DNA of 64,000 nucleotides. It comes from Eledone cirrhosa. Taxonomy: Eukaryota. Below, piece by piece: positions 62,036 through 64,000 of this stretch (the first letter of the stretch is position 1; the number at the start of each line of letters is the position of its first letter). The DNA is taken from NCBI GenBank assembly GCA_964016885.1, contig OZ024753.1:45384001-45448000 (forward strand). Reading direction: 5' to 3'. Position numbers and translations under genes: made by a program. The notes below the pieces were generated by a model that was given only the letters and a program-made list of their open reading frames with translations, did not search any database and was not told the DNA's origin.

Positions 62036-62294
62036 ACTGCTCTGTAGAACAACTGATGTTATTACATTGAGGTATTTATCTTACTGGTAATAAGGTAGTA
62101 ATACATTACTGTCTTTCACTGTTTAGGGTTTAAAATATATATAACTATAAAAGGTTTTAGTATATACATAACCATAAATAGTATCCTTAATACTATAAGT
62201 ATATATGCATAAACGAAACCACTCAATACTTTCAGGAGATTCGTTTATTATATATAAACAGTGAAATAAAGATCTAAATTAAAACAGAAATTGT

Positions 62295-62700
62295 TACATG
62301 CATTTACGCATGTCTATGTTATTTCTACGAATAACTACACTCCAAAGTGTATACCTGGCTGAAATTTTCCTAAATGAAATCCTATTTGTGGCGAGAGTTT
62401 TACAACAGACCTGGTTTTCCAATGGAAGATACTGAATGGTTTTCCAGTAACTTGAAATGTTTAGATCCGAAACGTATATAGTACACAATCAGTTGGAATA
62501 TAAAGATGCTCTCATATTTATATACCAAGATACGTAATTCCGTGTAGTGCCGACTCTGATACTAACCAAGTCGTAATACTTTTAATGTTGATATATTGTA
62601 AAAGCTACTATAATAGATATTATGTATGCATTAAGTTGACAAGAATGAGGTCCGTGTGGTTTTTAAGACAAGGATGTGACCTTTCATACGGCCTGTGATT
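62295..62700 (-). pseudogene. Decayed Penelope-like GIY-YIG endonuclease domain
   Basis: Minus strand ...SCQLN...KYYDL...SWYINMRASL...IYVSDLNISSYWKTIQYLP...VCCK...YTL...RRNNIDMRKCM parallels the PLE pattern CPLNG..YxGL..RYxNHxxSF..YIWxL..I.WKIL..CxLC..LNKRxE..KCRH; matched by eye. Confidence 0.45.
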
Positions 62701-63516
62701 TATATAGCCCAAACTTATGTATCGTATAAAGGGGCCACATTTTCAACTACATTCTTAAAGATGTTGTAGAGTATGAATATTGCGTTATAACTGTTAATAG
62801 TTAAAAATAATAAAACAATATATAAAGGACAAAACAAATACAGATGCACACATATACACGCACACACACACACACACTCAAACATACAGATATGTGCACA
62901 CATGCACAGACACAGATACACATATTTACACATACACAAACACATGGTTATGTTCACACATGCTGAAACACACAGATATGCGCGCGCACACACACACAGA
63001 TACAAACACACATACATATACACACAGATACAAACACACATACATGCACTCAAATAGTTAACAATTCTTGCGATTTAAGATGACAGATATTTCACCTTTG
63101 CAAATCTATCAAATTGAAGTAAACAAAATATAAAACATATGAAATAAATACAAAATAAATTAGAATCTAAACTTAAGAAGCAAAAAAAAACATTGAAACA
63201 GGAAAAATGTAAACAAACACAATTGCAAATTGACTACTTTACAGAAAAAAAGTCTCATAAATATTTATGATAATAGCTACCAAGTGACCTGATAATATAT
63301 GATATATCCCTAGTTTTCCATTGATATGCGTAGCTATTTCTATGGTAATTTTGTTATGAGTTAACGTAAATACAGCGCCTACATCTGCTTTTATATATAT
63401 ACGGTATATATATACGTTTATACCACACACACACACATCTATATATAATTTATATATATATACATGTTTATGCCACACACGCACGCATATATATATATAT
63501 ATGTTTATACCACACG

Positions 63517-63551
<35 letters not shown>

Positions 63552-63899
63552 GTATATATATATATACATGTTTATGCCACACACATATATATATAATATA
63601 TATATATATATACAAATATATGTGTGTATTAAAATTTATCCACAATATATATGTATATGTGTGTATTATGTATCTATATCTATATATATATAAATATGTA
63701 TGTATGTATATATATAAATATACATGTATATTTGTGTGTGTATGTATAAACATATGTGTAAGCTCAGTGCAGTTTTGCTGAGAGAATGGATGATGTAAAA
63801 ACAAAACAGCAATGAGAAAAGTTTCAATCTCAAATGATAAAAAATGTATGGCTATGACGATGAAAGATATTTCTTAATAACGTACATCATTAGAAATTA

Positions 63900-63975
<76 letters not shown>

Positions 63976-64000
63976 TATCCGTACATATACATACACACAC

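Overview
AT-rich, non-coding eukaryotic DNA. It is most likely a cephalopod (octopod) genome, inferred from the tRNA-SINE families and the extreme (TA)n/(CA)n/(GA)n/(CAA)n/(GGT)n/(GGTT)n load, and it has one 200-N scaffold gap. No host protein-coding gene could be supported; nearly all ORFs in the supplied track are microsatellite read-throughs. The unique islands between microsatellites are mostly decayed retroelements: tRNA-SINEs, a Dong/R4-like and a HERO/NeSL-like RLE non-LTR fragment, RTE/RTEX pieces, and a Penelope-like GIY-YIG remnant. Three unexplained structures stand out. (i) A four-copy ~130-200 bp element family, each copy next to TA repeats, is built on a long covarying hairpin that carries the 3' half of a type I hammerhead ribozyme (GAAAC-helix III-GUC-helix I). 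(ii) Several independent minimal hammerhead-like motifs, most followed by a poly(A)-like signal, resemble Penelope pseudo-LTRs or retrozymes. (iii) At least five fold-back inverted duplications (15 bp to ~750 bp arms) are anchored on or next to microsatellites.
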